Positions 62,970 through 64,000 of a DNA stretch of 64,000 nt are shown here, in pieces; position 1 is the stretch's first letter, and every line of letters begins with the position of its first letter. Location: NCBI RefSeq assembly GCF_020745735.1, contig NW_026867467.1:1406200-1470199 (forward strand), read 5' to 3'. The notes under the pieces are model-generated. The model saw nothing but the letters and a program-made list of their open reading frames with translations. It was not told where the DNA came from and ran no database searches. The stretch comes from Hemiscyllium ocellatum. Taxonomy: Eukaryota. A program made the translations under genes and the position numbers.

Positions 62970-64000
62970 ACATTAGCTTTGACAATGTGGAGACTGTATG
63001 GGTGGAGCTGTGAAATACCAAGGGACAAAAAACATTAGTGGGTGTCATAGACAGACCCCTAGACTGCAGTGGTCGTATCGGAATAGTATTAAACAGGAAA
63101 TTAGCCAAGCATGTGATATGGAGACATCTGTGACCATGGGTGATTTTAATCTGCATCTAGATTGGACAAATCAAATTAGCCACAATGTCTTAGAGGAAAA
63201 ATTCCTGGAGTACATACAGGATGGTTTTCTTAACCAATATGTGGATGAACCAACTAGAGAGCAGGCCATCTTAGACTGGGTACTGTGTAATGAGAAGGGA
63301 ATCATTGCCAATCTAGCTGCGTGAGACTCCTTGGGGATGAGTGACCATGACATGATACAACTTTTTTTATCAAGATGGAGAGTGAGCCAGCTGATTTGGA
63401 GACTAGGGTGCTGAATTTTAATAAAGGAAACTATGAAGATATATAAGGCATGAGTTGGCGTTGATAGATCAGTGAAAGTTGCTTAAAGGTGTGACAGTAG
63501 ATAGGCATTGGCAAATATTCAAGGAAATCATGGGGGAACTGCAACAGCTATTTATTCCTGTCTGGTACAAAAGCAAAATGGGTGACAGGGCCAATCCATG
63601 GCTTATAAAGGAAATTAGATAGCATCCAATTGAAGGAAATAGCATAGAAATGGGCCAAGAAAAATAACAGGTCTGATATTTGAGAGCAGTTTCGAATTCA
63701 GCAAAGAAGGACCAAGGGATTGATTAAGATGGGGAAAACACAGTACAAAAGAAAGTAAGCTTGCAGGGAACATGAAGACTGATGCTACAAGGTTCTACAG
63801 TACATGAAGAGAAAGAGATTGATGAAGACAAATGTTAGGTCCCTATAGATGGAAATTGGGGAAATGTATAACAAAGGACAACGAACAGCTGAGCAATTGT
63901 ATACATCCTTTAGTTCTGTCTTCACAAAAACCGACAGTTATACAGGAGGTGGGTGAGGCTGCAGTTGGAGCATGTGTTCTGTTTTGGTCACCTTGCTCAG
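62970..64000 (+). mobile_element. Decayed CR1-type LINE ORF2 endonuclease region
   Basis: MGDFNLHLDW, FLNQYVDEPTREQAILDWVLCN and SDH motifs. Confidence 0.85.

Noticed and set aside
42600-64000. Additional V, TCR-like V, IgW or IgNAR segments flanking the cluster
   Set aside because: No Ig-domain ORFs or valid RSSs were found in the 21 kb upstream or the 21 kb downstream.

Overview
Eukaryotic genomic DNA from a cartilaginous fish, most likely a carpet/bamboo shark (inferred from the IgM sequence and repeat families). The window holds one complete IgM heavy-chain cluster on the minus strand: TATA box, leader (42584-42536), VH (42430-42125), one D-like+JH segment (41755-41697), Cmu1-Cmu4 with secretory tail, TM1, TM2 and both poly(A) signals. 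All exons I checked have in-phase GT-AG junctions and no stops. Unlike the standard shark V-D1-D2-J cluster, only two RSSs remain (22-nt spacer after V, 12-nt spacer before a fused D+J), so the cluster looks partly pre-rearranged in the germline (VD-DJ or V-DDJ) with one join left. The rest is mostly repeats: many CR1-type LINE pieces, tRNA-derived SINEs, Penelope-like elements and short fold-back derivatives carrying hammerhead ribozyme motifs, an ERV remnant (open env TM ORF, PPT, 3' LTR), a 70-bp tandem array whose units resemble intron+9-nt exon cassettes, and a ~500-bp inverted repeat pair upstream of VH. Two N gaps lie inside the LTR. All alignments, identities and repeat boundaries were judged by eye and are approximate.
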